This document shows, one piece after another, positions 18,861 through 27,993 of a DNA stretch of 64,000 bases; position 1 is the stretch's first letter; every line of letters begins with the position of its first letter. Position numbers and translations under genes: made by a program. Below the pieces are notes generated by a model, which made no database searches, had not been told where the DNA came from, and saw only the letters and a program-made list of their open reading frames with translations. This stretch comes from Acidobacteriota bacterium (GTDB lineage: Bacteria > Acidobacteriota > Thermoanaerobaculia > Gp7-AA8). Where the stretch lies: assembly GCA_019244185.1 (NCBI GenBank), contig JAFATB010000023.1, positions 128,001 to 192,000 on the forward strand, given 5' to 3'.

Positions 18861-20252
18861 TCAGGGTCTCAGTTCCACCTCCGCGACGCCTGTGGCGATG
18901 ATGTGCACGACGATCGCGGTTGGTGTCGCAGTGACGCGTTGCGGTTCGATGGCGTCGGCGTGGCCGCGGAGTTGGACGTTGGGGGCGAGGGGGCGGGTGA
19001 GGGCGCGGGTGATCTCGTTGCGGGTCGCGGCGATGCGGGGGCCGACGGGGAAGCGGGCGGACTCGCGCATGCGCTGGCGGATCGTGTCGTGGGCGGCGCG
19101 TTCGGCGATGCGCACGAGGAAGCCGCGGCGTTTCGGATCGAGCGAGTATTCGAGATCGGGGACGGTGATCGTGGAGGAGGCGGCGTCGAATTGCGGAGTG
19201 CCTTCGAGGAACACCGCGCCGTGATAGTTGCGGAGTACGCCGCCGCGGTAATCGATCATCGCCTCGACGGCGACGCGGTTGTTCGGGGCGGGGGAGAGCT
19301 TGATCGACTCGATCGTGAGCGGGCGGCCGTTCACGTTGTACTTCTGGCCCGCGACTTCAGAAGAGGCGAGGCGCGTCGCGTCGTCGTAGGAAAGCTCGAG
19401 ATCGAAGGGCACGCGGATGCCGGTGGGCGTCTTGCCGGTGGCGACGCGGAGCGTGGGGAGCGGTTTGCGTGCGGGGGTGGGTTGGGGGCCGACGACCACG
19501 CGCGTTTGCGCGCGCATCGAGAGCGTGCTCGTCACGATCGTGCCGGAGCCGGTGATCGGGCCGAGCGCGACGTCGATGGGATCGAGCACGAGCCACACGC
19601 GATCGGCGAGGGCGACGGGTGTCTGCAGCGCGTTCCACATCTGCTGCGCCTGCGGGCGGATGCTGGTGAGGGATGGAGTGGTGCGGTCGATCGTCTTCGC
19701 GGCGAGGTTCAGTTGCTCCTCGACGACGGGAGCGACGAAGCGCGGCGTGATGTCGAAGCCGAGCCAGTTCGTCTCGCACGGCTTCGCGTAGTTCACGGGG
19801 AGGAGTCGCGTCGTCGAGCGAAGGCGCCACGCGGGATCCCAATCGAACTTCGCGTGCAGGGTGACTTCCGCTTCGCGTCGCGCCTCGGCCCAGCCGCAGG
19901 AGATGCAGGGGAAGCGGCCGCGGCACGCCTGCAGGCCGTACTTGACGGTCGTCGAGGCGTGCAGTCCGCCGCCGATCATTTGCAGGCGCAACGGTGCGCG
20001 CGCGACCGTGTACTCGATGTCGATGCCGCGTTCCGTCGTCTTGTCGGAGAACGTTTTCGGCACGCGCGCCTCGATCTCCGGGACGAGCGGCGCGAGGTTT
20101 GCGCGGATCGGCACGGCGATCGTCGACAGCTCGGCGGGCGCGGCGGCGGGTGCCTGGGCCGCGAGACGTCCGGCGAGGAGAACCGTCAGAGGGAACAAGA
20201 GACGGGGGAATCGCGCGTTACCTCGTATGATCGCAACGAGAACCTTGTTCAT
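18861..20252 (-). CDS. DUF4403-like secreted protein
   Basis: Signal-like N-terminus; WNALQTPV...VWLVLDP pattern; start uncertain. Confidence 0.7.
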   Translation of the reverse strand: MNKVLVAIIRGNARFPRLLFPLTVLLAGRLAAQAPAAAPAELSTIAVPIRANLAPLVPEIEARVPKTFSDKTTERGIDIEYTVARAPLRLQMIGGGLHASTTVKYGLQACRGRFPCISCGWAEARREAEVTLHAKFDWDPAWRLRSTTRLLPVNYAKPCETNWLGFDITPRFVAPVVEEQLNLAAKTIDRTTPSLTSIRPQAQQMWNALQTPVALADRVWLVLDPIDVALGPITGSGTIVTSTLSMRAQTRVVVGPQPTPARKPLPTLRVATGKTPTGIRVPFDLELSYDDATRLASSEVAGQKYNVNGRPLTIESIKLSPAPNNRVAVEAMIDYRGGVLRNYHGAVFLEGTPQFDAASSTITVPDLEYSLDPKRRGFLVRIAERAAHDTIRQRMRESARFPVGPRIAATRNEITRALTRPLAPNVQLRGHADAIEPQRVTATPTAIVVHIIATGVAEVELRP

Positions 20253-20291
20253 GTCCGCACTCGCAACCGGCCGTCGCCTCGGAGTCATCCC

Positions 20292-21830
20292 CTGAAGCGG
20301 ATCTCATTCCTTCCGCTCTTCTTCACGGCGCTCGCCATCGTCTTCGCGGTCGCGGTCTGGATCCGCATCCGGACGTTCGACCGCGACGAGGTCAGCGACG
20401 CGACGACGACCTCACTTGCGCGCACGTCGACATCGGCGAGCAGCGGCGCGGCGAATGCGGGCGGCGAGAACACGATGACGGTCGTTCCCGTCGGCGATGC
20501 GAATGCGCCGACGAGCCTCGAGGCCGCGGCGCGTGCGCGCGAGCAGCGCTACAACGAACTGCTGCGCAGCCAGCCGCCCGCGGCGGCGCCCGCGCCCGCA
20601 CCGGCCGCGCCGTCGCTCTTTCATCGCATCGTCGCGCCGATCGCGAGTGCGCTCGGCATCGGGGCGAAGCCGACGCCGCCGCAGCAGCAGGCGCAGTCCG
20701 CGACGCAGCGTCCGGTGGCGCAGCAGCCGCCGCAGCCGGACGACCATGCGCGCACGCCGCAGGAAGAGCGCGATCCCGACTCCGACGTCACGCCGCCGCA
20801 ACTGCGCGGCTGCGAGTTCACGCCGGCGCAGGTGCAGGACGGCGACGACACCATCTTCAGCGCCATCGTCGTCGACGACCTCTCCGGCGTGCGCAGCGTC
20901 TCGGGCGTCATCGCCAGCCCGTCGGGCGCGCCGCAGGGGTTCGCCGCGCAACGCGAAGGAGAGAGCGACCGCTTCGTCTCGAAGATCAGCATTCCGAAGG
21001 AAGCGGCGGAGGGGATCTGGACGGTCAAGTACTTGACCTTGTCCGACAACGCCAGCAACAGCATCAACCTCAACGCGGCGCAGGGGCAGCTGCCGGGCAG
21101 CGCGGCGTTCCGCGTCACGTCGTCGCGCTCCGACTCGACGGGGCCGGCGCTCAAGGCCATCTGGCTGGACCGGCCGTCGATGAAGGCGGGGGATCAGAAC
21201 ACGATCTTCGTGACCGCCGAGGATGACAAGTCGGGCGTGGCGCTGGTGAGCGGCGTGTTCATCAGCCCGTCGAAGCAGGCGCGCATCGGCTTCGGCTGCC
21301 GCGCGGGCAACAACCCGACCACATGGGAGTGCGCGGTGGCGCCGCCGACGTGTCTCGACTGCGGCACGTGGCAGCTCGAGCAGGTGCAGCTGCAGGACAA
21401 AGCGAACAACACCTCCACGTTCCGAGGGGACAACCCGATGGTCGCGCCGGTGCATCTCGACATCGCGGGCGAGAGCTGCGATGCGGGTGCGCCGTCGGTG
21501 TCGTCGCTCACGCTCGATCCGCCGGTGGTGTCGAATGCGGAGTCGACGGTCATCAACGTGCACGCGATCGTGGCGGACGACGGCTGCGGCGTCGCCAGTC
21601 TCAGCGGCCAGGCGGCCGGTCCCGCGATATCGAACGGCGCGCGGCTCTACTTCTCGTTCGATCCGTCGGCGGACGGCACGAACTTCATCGGCCACATCAC
21701 CGTGCCCAAGCATGCGGCGAAAGGCGTGTGGACGATCGCGTGGATTCAGGCGCTGGACAAGGGTCACAACCTGCGCGCGTACGCGGCGAACGATCCGGTG
21801 ATCGCGAGGGTGACGTTCCGCGTGGAGTAG
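20292..21830 (+). CDS. Membrane-anchored protein with Pro/Gln linker and three Ig-like repeats
   Basis: TM helix after a probable CTG start (GGAG 7 nt upstream); three D..(P/G)P...DD.SGV..VS...G.W......D...N repeats. Confidence 0.75.
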   Translation: MKRISFLPLFFTALAIVFAVAVWIRIRTFDRDEVSDATTTSLARTSTSASSGAANAGGENTMTVVPVGDANAPTSLEAAARAREQRYNELLRSQPPAAAPAPAPAAPSLFHRIVAPIASALGIGAKPTPPQQQAQSATQRPVAQQPPQPDDHARTPQEERDPDSDVTPPQLRGCEFTPAQVQDGDDTIFSAIVVDDLSGVRSVSGVIASPSGAPQGFAAQREGESDRFVSKISIPKEAAEGIWTVKYLTLSDNASNSINLNAAQGQLPGSAAFRVTSSRSDSTGPALKAIWLDRPSMKAGDQNTIFVTAEDDKSGVALVSGVFISPSKQARIGFGCRAGNNPTTWECAVAPPTCLDCGTWQLEQVQLQDKANNTSTFRGDNPMVAPVHLDIAGESCDAGAPSVSSLTLDPPVVSNAESTVINVHAIVADDGCGVASLSGQAAGPAISNGARLYFSFDPSADGTNFIGHITVPKHAAKGVWTIAWIQALDKGHNLRAYAANDPVIARVTFRVE

Positions 21831-21842
21831 AGGAGAGCGCGG

Positions 21843-21880
21843 AAAAAGTTAAAGACTCGCGGTCTCTGATTCCGCGAGTC
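21843..21880 (-). terminator. Intrinsic terminator of the candidate sRNA (may also end the convergent CDS)
   Basis: GACTCGCGG-aatcagaga-CCGCGAGTC followed by TTTAACTTTTT on the minus strand. Confidence 0.75.
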
Positions 21881-22075
21881 CATTCCTCGGTCCGTTAACA
21901 GCGATCAGAGCGCATTCGAACCGAAACCATTCCGAAACGCCTCTGCCTCTCGGAACGAAACGCAAACCGTTGACAGCTGCAGAGGAGCATCCGGTTCGCT
22001 CGCCTCGGCATCCAGCAACCCCGAAGCGCCCCTCAGCCCGTTGACATCGTGCATGGCGCGTTCGAACTGAGGTGA
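21843..22075 (-). ncRNA. Candidate structured sRNA with three tandem kissing-hairpin modules
   Basis: Flanked by promoter and terminator; three 24-nt cores GRAYGC-N11-TGTYAAC in hairpins; loop-loop complementarity; G-U pairs work only on the minus strand. Confidence 0.7.
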
Positions 22076-22080
22076 GCATC

Positions 22081-22131
22081 AATCTGAGTTCGCGGGTTGC
22101 GATCGTCAAGTGGGTCGACAAAATTTTTTTT
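22081..22131 (-). promoter_or_regulatory. sigma70-type promoter with UP-like A/T tract driving the candidate sRNA
   Basis: TTGACG (22109-22104), 17 bp, CAGATT (22086-22081); AAAAAAAATTTT tract upstream. Confidence 0.6.
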
Positions 22132-22162
22132 GCGACGGTTTGGTTGACGACTTGGCTCGGTC

Positions 22163-22191
22163 GTGACGCCGCTCGGAAATTCGAGTAGGAT
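22163..22191 (+). promoter_or_regulatory. sigma70-type promoter of the S1-domain gene
   Basis: GTGACG-17-TAGGAT. Confidence 0.5.
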
Positions 22192-22252
22192 ACGCGTCCC
22201 AACCGTTCTCGCGGCCGAGAACCAATCACTGAAAGGTACGCAGGAAATCCCC

Positions 22253-23668
22253 ATGAGTCAGTCGAGAGAGAACGCCGAGGCTACGTCTTTTGCCGAGGCG
22301 ATGGAGAATTTGGACCTCAAAACTCCCCAGCAGGGCGAGCTGCTTCGCGGGACGATCGTCTCGATTTCGGGAGAGGATGCCTACATCTCTTACGGTGGCC
22401 CCTCGGAAGCGGTGATGGACACCGCGGAGCTCGAGGGCCTCGACGTCGGTGACTCCATCGAGGCGACGGTCGTCAAGACGTCCCCCGAAATCCGCGTGTC
22501 GCGGAAGCTGATCAAAGGCAAGGCGTCGCTCGAGCAGTTGCGCGGCGCGTTTGAAAATCGCCTTCCGGTCGAAGGCCGCGTCACCGGCCGCAACAAGGGC
22601 GGCTTCGAAGTCAACATCAGCGGCCTGCGCGCCTTCTGCCCGCTCTCGCAGATCGCGCTCGGCAAGATCGAGAACCCCGACTCGTTCGTCAACCAGACGG
22701 TCGAGTTCCGCGTCACCGAGCTGAGCGAAGACGGCCGCCGCATCGTCGTCTCGCGCGCCGCGCTGCTCAAGGAAGCCGCCGCCGAACGCGCCGCCGAAAC
22801 GCGCGCGCGCATCGTCCCCGGCGCCGAGCTCACCGGCCGCGTGAAAACGCTCACGCCCTTCGGCGCCTTCGTCGACCTCGGCGGCGTCGACGGCCTCCTC
22901 CACGTCTCGGAGATGAGCCGCCGCCGCGTGACCGATCCCAAAGAAGTCGTCCAGATCGGCCAGGAAGTCCACGTCAAGGTCATCAAGATCGAGAACGACG
23001 GCAAGCGCATCTCGCTGTCGATGAAAGATCAGGAGCCCGATCCGTGGTACGACGTCGCCGAGCGCTACGCGCCGGGCACGCCGTTCTCGGGCCGCATCGT
23101 CCGCTCCACCGACTTCGGCTACTTCGTCGAAGTGGAGCCGGGTCTCGACGGACTCGTGCACGTCTCGCAGCTGCCGCACGGCATCAAGCCGGGCGATACG
23201 GAAGTCGCCATCGGCTCGAACGTCCAGGGCTGGGTCCGCGAAGTCGATCCGTCGAAGAAGCGCCTCTCGCTCTCGCTCCGCGCGGTCGCCACGAGCGATC
23301 CGTGGGAGTCGGCCTCGCAGCGCTACGGCATCGGCCGTGTCGTCGAAGGCACCGTGGATCATGGCGGCGCGCCCGGCATCTTCGTCGAGCTCGAGCCGGG
23401 TCTCACCGGTCTCATCCCGAACTCCGAGATCTCCGTCGCGCCCGGACAGGATCCGTCGCAGGCGCATCAGCCCGGCGAGAAGCTGATGGTGCGCATCATG
23501 AGCATCGACGCGCAGCGCAAGCGCATCTCGCTCAGCCACGAGGCCGCGAAGGCCGCCGCCGAGCGCGAGGAGTACACGAAGTTCATGGACGAGCGCGGCG
23601 ACGACAACGCCGGCGAGAGCGCGATGGCGCTCGCGTTCAAGCGCGCCATGGAAAAGAAGAACCGGTAG
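22253..23668 (+). CDS. Ribosomal protein S1-like RNA-binding protein (about 5 S1 domains; possibly an rpsA paralog)
   Basis: Repeated S1 motifs FGAFVDLGGVDGLLHVSEM, FGYFVEVEPGLDGLVHVSQL, RISLS; 471 aa. Confidence 0.9.
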   Translation: MSQSRENAEATSFAEAMENLDLKTPQQGELLRGTIVSISGEDAYISYGGPSEAVMDTAELEGLDVGDSIEATVVKTSPEIRVSRKLIKGKASLEQLRGAFENRLPVEGRVTGRNKGGFEVNISGLRAFCPLSQIALGKIENPDSFVNQTVEFRVTELSEDGRRIVVSRAALLKEAAAERAAETRARIVPGAELTGRVKTLTPFGAFVDLGGVDGLLHVSEMSRRRVTDPKEVVQIGQEVHVKVIKIENDGKRISLSMKDQEPDPWYDVAERYAPGTPFSGRIVRSTDFGYFVEVEPGLDGLVHVSQLPHGIKPGDTEVAIGSNVQGWVREVDPSKKRLSLSLRAVATSDPWESASQRYGIGRVVEGTVDHGGAPGIFVELEPGLTGLIPNSEISVAPGQDPSQAHQPGEKLMVRIMSIDAQRKRISLSHEAAKAAAEREEYTKFMDERGDDNAGESAMALAFKRAMEKKNR

Positions 23669-23694
23669 TCCACACGTTGACCGAATCCGAAGCA

Positions 23695-23722
23695 GGCCGC
23701 CCCGAAACGGGCGGCCTTTTTG
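23695..23722 (+). terminator. Intrinsic terminator
   Basis: AGGCCGCCC-GAAAC-GGGCGGCCT followed by a T-run. Confidence 0.85.
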
Positions 23723-23739
23723 TATTGCGAGGAGACCTC

Positions 23740-24591
23740 ATGCACATCTTCATCACGGGAGCCACGGGTTACATCGGCGGCGCGGTCGCGAAAGCGCTCC
23801 GCGGCGCGGGACACGACGTCGCGGCGCTGGTCCGCCCCGACGCGGAAACGCGCGCCCTCCGCGACCTCGGCGTCGTGCTCGTCACGGGCGATCTCGAGTC
23901 GCTGCCGTCGCTCGCCGACACGCTCGGCAGCTACGACGCAATCGTCCACGCGGCGTTCTCGAACCGCCAGGGACCCGACACCGACCGCATCGCCGTCGAC
24001 GTCTTCACCGCCGCCGGCAAGCCGCTCGTCTACACCTCCGGCGTCTGGGTTCTCGGCAACACGACCTCGGCCAACGAGTCGACGCCGGCGCAGCCGCTCG
24101 CGCTCGTCGCGTGGCGCGTCGGACACGAAGAGCGCGTGCTCGCCGCCGGCGGCACGGTGCTGCGTCCCGGCTGCGTCTACGGCGGCAAACAGTCGCTCCT
24201 CGCCGACTGGTTCGCGGCCGCGGAGCAGAACCGCGCGCTGCAGCTCGTCGGCGACGGCACCAACCGCTGGGCGCTCGTCGACGTCGACGATCTCGCCGAT
24301 CTCTACGTGCGCGCCGTCGAGCAGCGCACGGGCGGCGTGCTGCACGGCATCGACGACTCGCACGAGCCGCTCGAAGCGTGCGCCCGCGCCGTCGCGCCGA
24401 ACGGCACGATCGAGAAGACGCCGCTCGCCGCCGCGCGCGAGAAGTTCGGCCCGTTCGCCGACGCGCTGGCCGTCGATCAGGTGATCTCCAGCAAGGAGAC
24501 GCGCGCGAAGACCGGCTGGTCGCCGCGGCGCACGTTCGTGCAGTCGATCGACGAGCAGTGGCGGGAGTGGCGCGAGTCACAGCGCGCGTGA
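23740..24591 (+). CDS. NAD-dependent epimerase/dehydratase family protein
   Basis: IFITGATGYIG, YTSGVWVLG; GAGGAG SD. Confidence 0.88.
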   Translation: MHIFITGATGYIGGAVAKALRGAGHDVAALVRPDAETRALRDLGVVLVTGDLESLPSLADTLGSYDAIVHAAFSNRQGPDTDRIAVDVFTAAGKPLVYTSGVWVLGNTTSANESTPAQPLALVAWRVGHEERVLAAGGTVLRPGCVYGGKQSLLADWFAAAEQNRALQLVGDGTNRWALVDVDDLADLYVRAVEQRTGGVLHGIDDSHEPLEACARAVAPNGTIEKTPLAAAREKFGPFADALAVDQVISSKETRAKTGWSPRRTFVQSIDEQWREWRESQRA

Positions 24592-24625
24592 TCAACGATT
24601 CCGCGCGCGCCGCGTATAACGCTGC

Positions 24626-26086
24626 GTGAACCTGCGAACGCTCGCGTCTCTCCTGCTTTTCGTGGCGTGCGGTTGCGTCTCCTCGGCGCATCGCGCGGAT
24701 CGACTGGATCGTGCGGATCGAGTGTTGCGTACGCTGCCGCCCGCGGTCGTCGTCGCCGGACGTCCCGTGCCGCATGCGACGCTTGCCGATCGCATGGCGG
24801 GCGCGCACATCCCCGGCGTCAGCATCGCCGTCGTCGAGAACGGACGGATCGCGTGGGCGCGCGGCTTCGGCGTGCAGGAAGCCGGCGGCCGCGACGCCGT
24901 CACGGCGCACACGCTCTTTCAGGCCGCGTCGATCAGCAAGGTCATCGCGGCGACGATGACGCTGCGGCTCGTCGACGCGCAGAAGCTCGATCTCGACGCG
25001 GACGTGAACCGCGCGCTGCGCTCGTGGCAGGTGCCGGAGAATGCCTTCACCGCGACACAGAAGGTGACGCTGCGCCGCATTCTCAGCCACACCGCCGGCC
25101 TCACCGTGCATGGCTTCCCCGGCTACCGCCCCGACGGCGCGCTGCCTTCCGTGCTCGACGTGCTCGACGGACGCGCGCCGGCGACGAACGCGCCGGTGCG
25201 CGTAGACACCGTTCCCGGCTCGACGACGCGCTACTCCGGTGGCGGCATCGTCATCGAACAGCTCCTGCTCACGGACGTCACCGGCCGCGCGTTCCCGCAG
25301 CTCGCGCGCGAGCTCGTGCTCGATCCGCTGCAGATGCGCGACAGCACGTTCGAGCAACCGCTGCCGCCGCCGCTCGCGGCGCGCGCCGCACGCGGTCACG
25401 ATGAGGACGGCGGCGTGATCCCCGGCGGCTGGGCGATCGGTCCGGAGATGGCGGCGGGCTGGCTGTGGACGACGGCGGCGGATCTGATGAAGTGGGCGAT
25501 CGCGATCGATGCGTCGCGCGCGGGAACGTCCGGCGCGCCGCTCTCGCGCGGACTCGCGTCGCAGATGCTAACGCCGCAGAAAGATGTCTACGGCCTCGGG
25601 CCGGTGCTCGAGGGCAGCGGCCGCGCGTTCCGCTTCAGCCACGGCGGAAACAATCCCGGTTACACGACGCAGTTCATCTACTTCCCGGAGACGCATCAGG
25701 GCGCGGCGATCCTCGTGAACCGCGTCGGCGCGGATCAGCTGATCGACGAGCTCACGCGCGCGATCGCCGAGGAGTACGACTGGCCGGCGCTGAAACCGCT
25801 GCGCGTCACGCCCGCGACGCTCGCCGACGCGGCGATTGCGAACCTCACCGGTGCGTACGCGCTGCAGTTCCCCGGTTCCGATCCGCCGTCGCCCGCGACG
25901 ATCGCGTGGAAGAACGGACGGCTCGCGCTCGATGCGCCGCCGATCATCACGGACGACGAACTGATCCCGATTTCGGCGACGGAGCTCGTCAGTCCGGCGT
26001 GGGGCTATCGCATCCGCGTCGCGGGACGCGGCTTCACGCTGACGTACAACGGAACCGACATGACCGCGACGCGCGTCGAGCGCTGA
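24626..26086 (+). CDS. Serine hydrolase (beta-lactamase family)
   Basis: FQAASISK, RYSGGG, SHGG. Confidence 0.88.
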   Translation: MNLRTLASLLLFVACGCVSSAHRADRLDRADRVLRTLPPAVVVAGRPVPHATLADRMAGAHIPGVSIAVVENGRIAWARGFGVQEAGGRDAVTAHTLFQAASISKVIAATMTLRLVDAQKLDLDADVNRALRSWQVPENAFTATQKVTLRRILSHTAGLTVHGFPGYRPDGALPSVLDVLDGRAPATNAPVRVDTVPGSTTRYSGGGIVIEQLLLTDVTGRAFPQLARELVLDPLQMRDSTFEQPLPPPLAARAARGHDEDGGVIPGGWAIGPEMAAGWLWTTAADLMKWAIAIDASRAGTSGAPLSRGLASQMLTPQKDVYGLGPVLEGSGRAFRFSHGGNNPGYTTQFIYFPETHQGAAILVNRVGADQLIDELTRAIAEEYDWPALKPLRVTPATLADAAIANLTGAYALQFPGSDPPSPATIAWKNGRLALDAPPIITDDELIPISATELVSPAWGYRIRVAGRGFTLTYNGTDMTATRVER

Positions 26087-26093
26087 GCGGCGA

Positions 26094-26882
26094 CTACGCG
26101 CGTGCGAATGCGAGCAGCAGCTCGTTCACGCGTTCCGCCGCGTCGTGCTGCACGAAGTGGCCGATGCCGTCGATGCGCTCGAGGGTGAGGTTCTCCACGA
26201 ACGCGCGGCTGCCTTCGAACGTCTCGGGCAGGAACACCGGCTCGCGCGTGCTCCAGATGAGCAGCGTCGGGACGCGGATCGGCTGCATCGACTTGCCGAT
26301 CGCGCCGCGCGACTTCCGCATCGCGCGGTAGTAGTTGAGCATCGGCGTCAAATGCCACGCCGCGATGCGCGCCTCGATTTCCTCGGGCGTGAAGCGCGCG
26401 GCGCGGCGCAGGAATGCGCGGCCGATGAGACGTAGCGTCAGCTCGGGGAGCAGCGGCAGCTGAAAGAACAGTTGATAGAGCAGGCGCACCTTCTGGCGGA
26501 AGCTCTTCTTCATCACGCGCCGCAGCGACGCGGGATGGGGGATGTTGAGGATGACCAGCTTGCGCACGAGCTCGGGGCGCATCATGGTGAGAACCCACGC
26601 CGTGACGGCGCCCCAGTCGTGGCCGACGAGGATGCACGGTGCGCCGAGGGATTCGATCAGCGCGGCGACGTCGCCGGCGATTTCCTGCAGGGTGTACGCC
26701 TCGACACCTTTCGGTGTGGGCGAGTCTCCATATCCGCGGAGGTCGGGAGCGACGGCGCGAAATCCAGCGCGCGCGAGCGCCGCGAGTTGCGGGCGCCACG
26801 TGATCCGCGATTCGGGGAAGCCGTGAAGGAGGACGACGAGCGGGCCGTCGCCCTCCGAGTCATACGAGAGGTGTTCGATCAA
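26094..26882 (-). CDS. Alpha/beta hydrolase (epoxide hydrolase-like)
   Basis: LLHGFPE, PDLRGYG, VGHDWG, GHFVQ. Confidence 0.9.
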   Translation of the reverse strand: MIEHLSYDSEGDGPLVVLLHGFPESRITWRPQLAALARAGFRAVAPDLRGYGDSPTPKGVEAYTLQEIAGDVAALIESLGAPCILVGHDWGAVTAWVLTMMRPELVRKLVILNIPHPASLRRVMKKSFRQKVRLLYQLFFQLPLLPELTLRLIGRAFLRRAARFTPEEIEARIAAWHLTPMLNYYRAMRKSRGAIGKSMQPIRVPTLLIWSTREPVFLPETFEGSRAFVENLTLERIDGIGHFVQHDAAERVNELLLAFARA

Positions 26883-27535
26883 TCTTTGTCGCGATTGACC
26901 GCAGCGTAGATGAGTCCCGCGCCGAGCGCCAGTGCGGCGACGCCGGCCGCGACTTTTCCGGGGTTGTCCTTCGCGTAGCTGGTCGCGCGCGTGGAGCCGT
27001 CCTTCAGATAGTCGCGGGCGGTGTTGAGGTACTCATCGATGTCGACGTTCTGGAACTGACCTTTGAGGTTCCCGATCATATCCTCGGTGATACCGAGGCG
27101 GCCGAGGAACTGCTCGAGTCCGCCGCTGCCCTTCAGCGCCTGGCCGCAGTGCGGGCAGAGGCCGCTGTCGGTGTTGTTCTGCGTGCCGAGCGCGCCGCCG
27201 GACGAAACGCCGGTGCCGGTCGACGAGCCGCCGCCGAGTCCGGAGGTGCCGGAGCTGGTGCCGAAGCCGCCCGAGGCGCCGCCGCTCGAGCTCGTGCCGA
27301 GACCCGCGCCGCTGCTGCTGCTGTTCGTGCCGAGGCCCGAGCTGCCGGAGCCGAAGCTGCTGCCGCCCGATGTCGAACCGCTGCTGCTGTTCGCGAGCGA
27401 GCCGCCGCCAGCGTTCGTGCCGCCGCCCATGCTGCCGCTCGTGCCGGTGGTGCCGAGGCCGCTCGTACCGCCCGGCTTCGACGCGCCCGTGTCCGATGCG
27501 CTGTTCCAGTTGTTGGTTGGATTGTCCTGAGCCAT
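26879..27535 (-). CDS. Gly/Ser-rich disordered protein with CxxC and C-terminal membrane anchor
   Basis: GGAGG SD; long G/S/T tract, CPHC, YAKDNPGKVAAGVAALALGAGL tail. Confidence 0.75.
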   Translation of the reverse strand: MAQDNPTNNWNSASDTGASKPGGTSGLGTTGTSGSMGGGTNAGGGSLANSSSGSTSGGSSFGSGSSGLGTNSSSSGAGLGTSSSGGASGGFGTSSGTSGLGGGSSTGTGVSSGGALGTQNNTDSGLCPHCGQALKGSGGLEQFLGRLGITEDMIGNLKGQFQNVDIDEYLNTARDYLKDGSTRATSYAKDNPGKVAAGVAALALGAGLIYAAVNRDKD

Positions 27536-27549
27536 GTTTCTGTCCTCCT

Positions 27550-27993
27550 TCAATCTCGCGACGTGCCGCGCGACTCTTCCGGTTCGTAGGTGCGCCCGTG
27601 CGTGCCGATGCGCGGGTCGCCCGATTTGTTCGTGAAACGGTCCTCGTCATTCCAGCGGTCGTCGGCGACGCCGCGGCTGAACTCCTGATCGCGTTGATGG
27701 TCCGCGCCATCGCTGCGGAAGCTGGCCTTCGAGCTCGTCAGCGGCGGAACATAGGCGCTGTCGAGCACGTCGATGGGAATGTCGGTCTGCGGTCTGCGCG
27801 TCGGGCGGGCCTGTTGCGCTAGCTGCGACGGCTGCGTCTGCTGCTGCGACGAGCGCGCCTGCTTTCCTGCTGACGGTGAGACCTCCGCGGCGTCCGCCTT
27901 CCCGTGACCGCGCGTGAAGAATCCGCGCACGGCTCCGGCGATGCGTCCGAATCGAGTCGTTTCTCCCGTTGTCGTTTGCTGCTTACGTGGCAT
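27550..27993 (-). CDS. Hypothetical protein
   Basis: AAGGA SD; co-oriented and adjacent to the downstream gene. Confidence 0.65.
   Translation of the reverse strand: MPRKQQTTTGETTRFGRIAGAVRGFFTRGHGKADAAEVSPSAGKQARSSQQQTQPSQLAQQARPTRRPQTDIPIDVLDSAYVPPLTSSKASFRSDGADHQRDQEFSRGVADDRWNDEDRFTNKSGDPRIGTHGRTYEPEESRGTSRD

Noticed and set aside
21894-22046. Three TTRACA hexamers as tandem -35 boxes for the S1 gene
   Set aside because: No -10 element 16-18 bp downstream of any of them, and each is embedded in a hairpin with G-U pairs on the minus strand.
21885-22072. Mini CRISPR array or type III toxin-antitoxin repeats
   Set aside because: Repeats are degenerate with variable interiors, there are no cas genes, and no co-oriented toxin ORF follows the terminator.
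21849-22229. 126-aa minus-strand ORF across the sRNA region
   Set aside because: No recognisable motif, atypical composition, and it spans both promoters; covarying RNA structure explains the region better.
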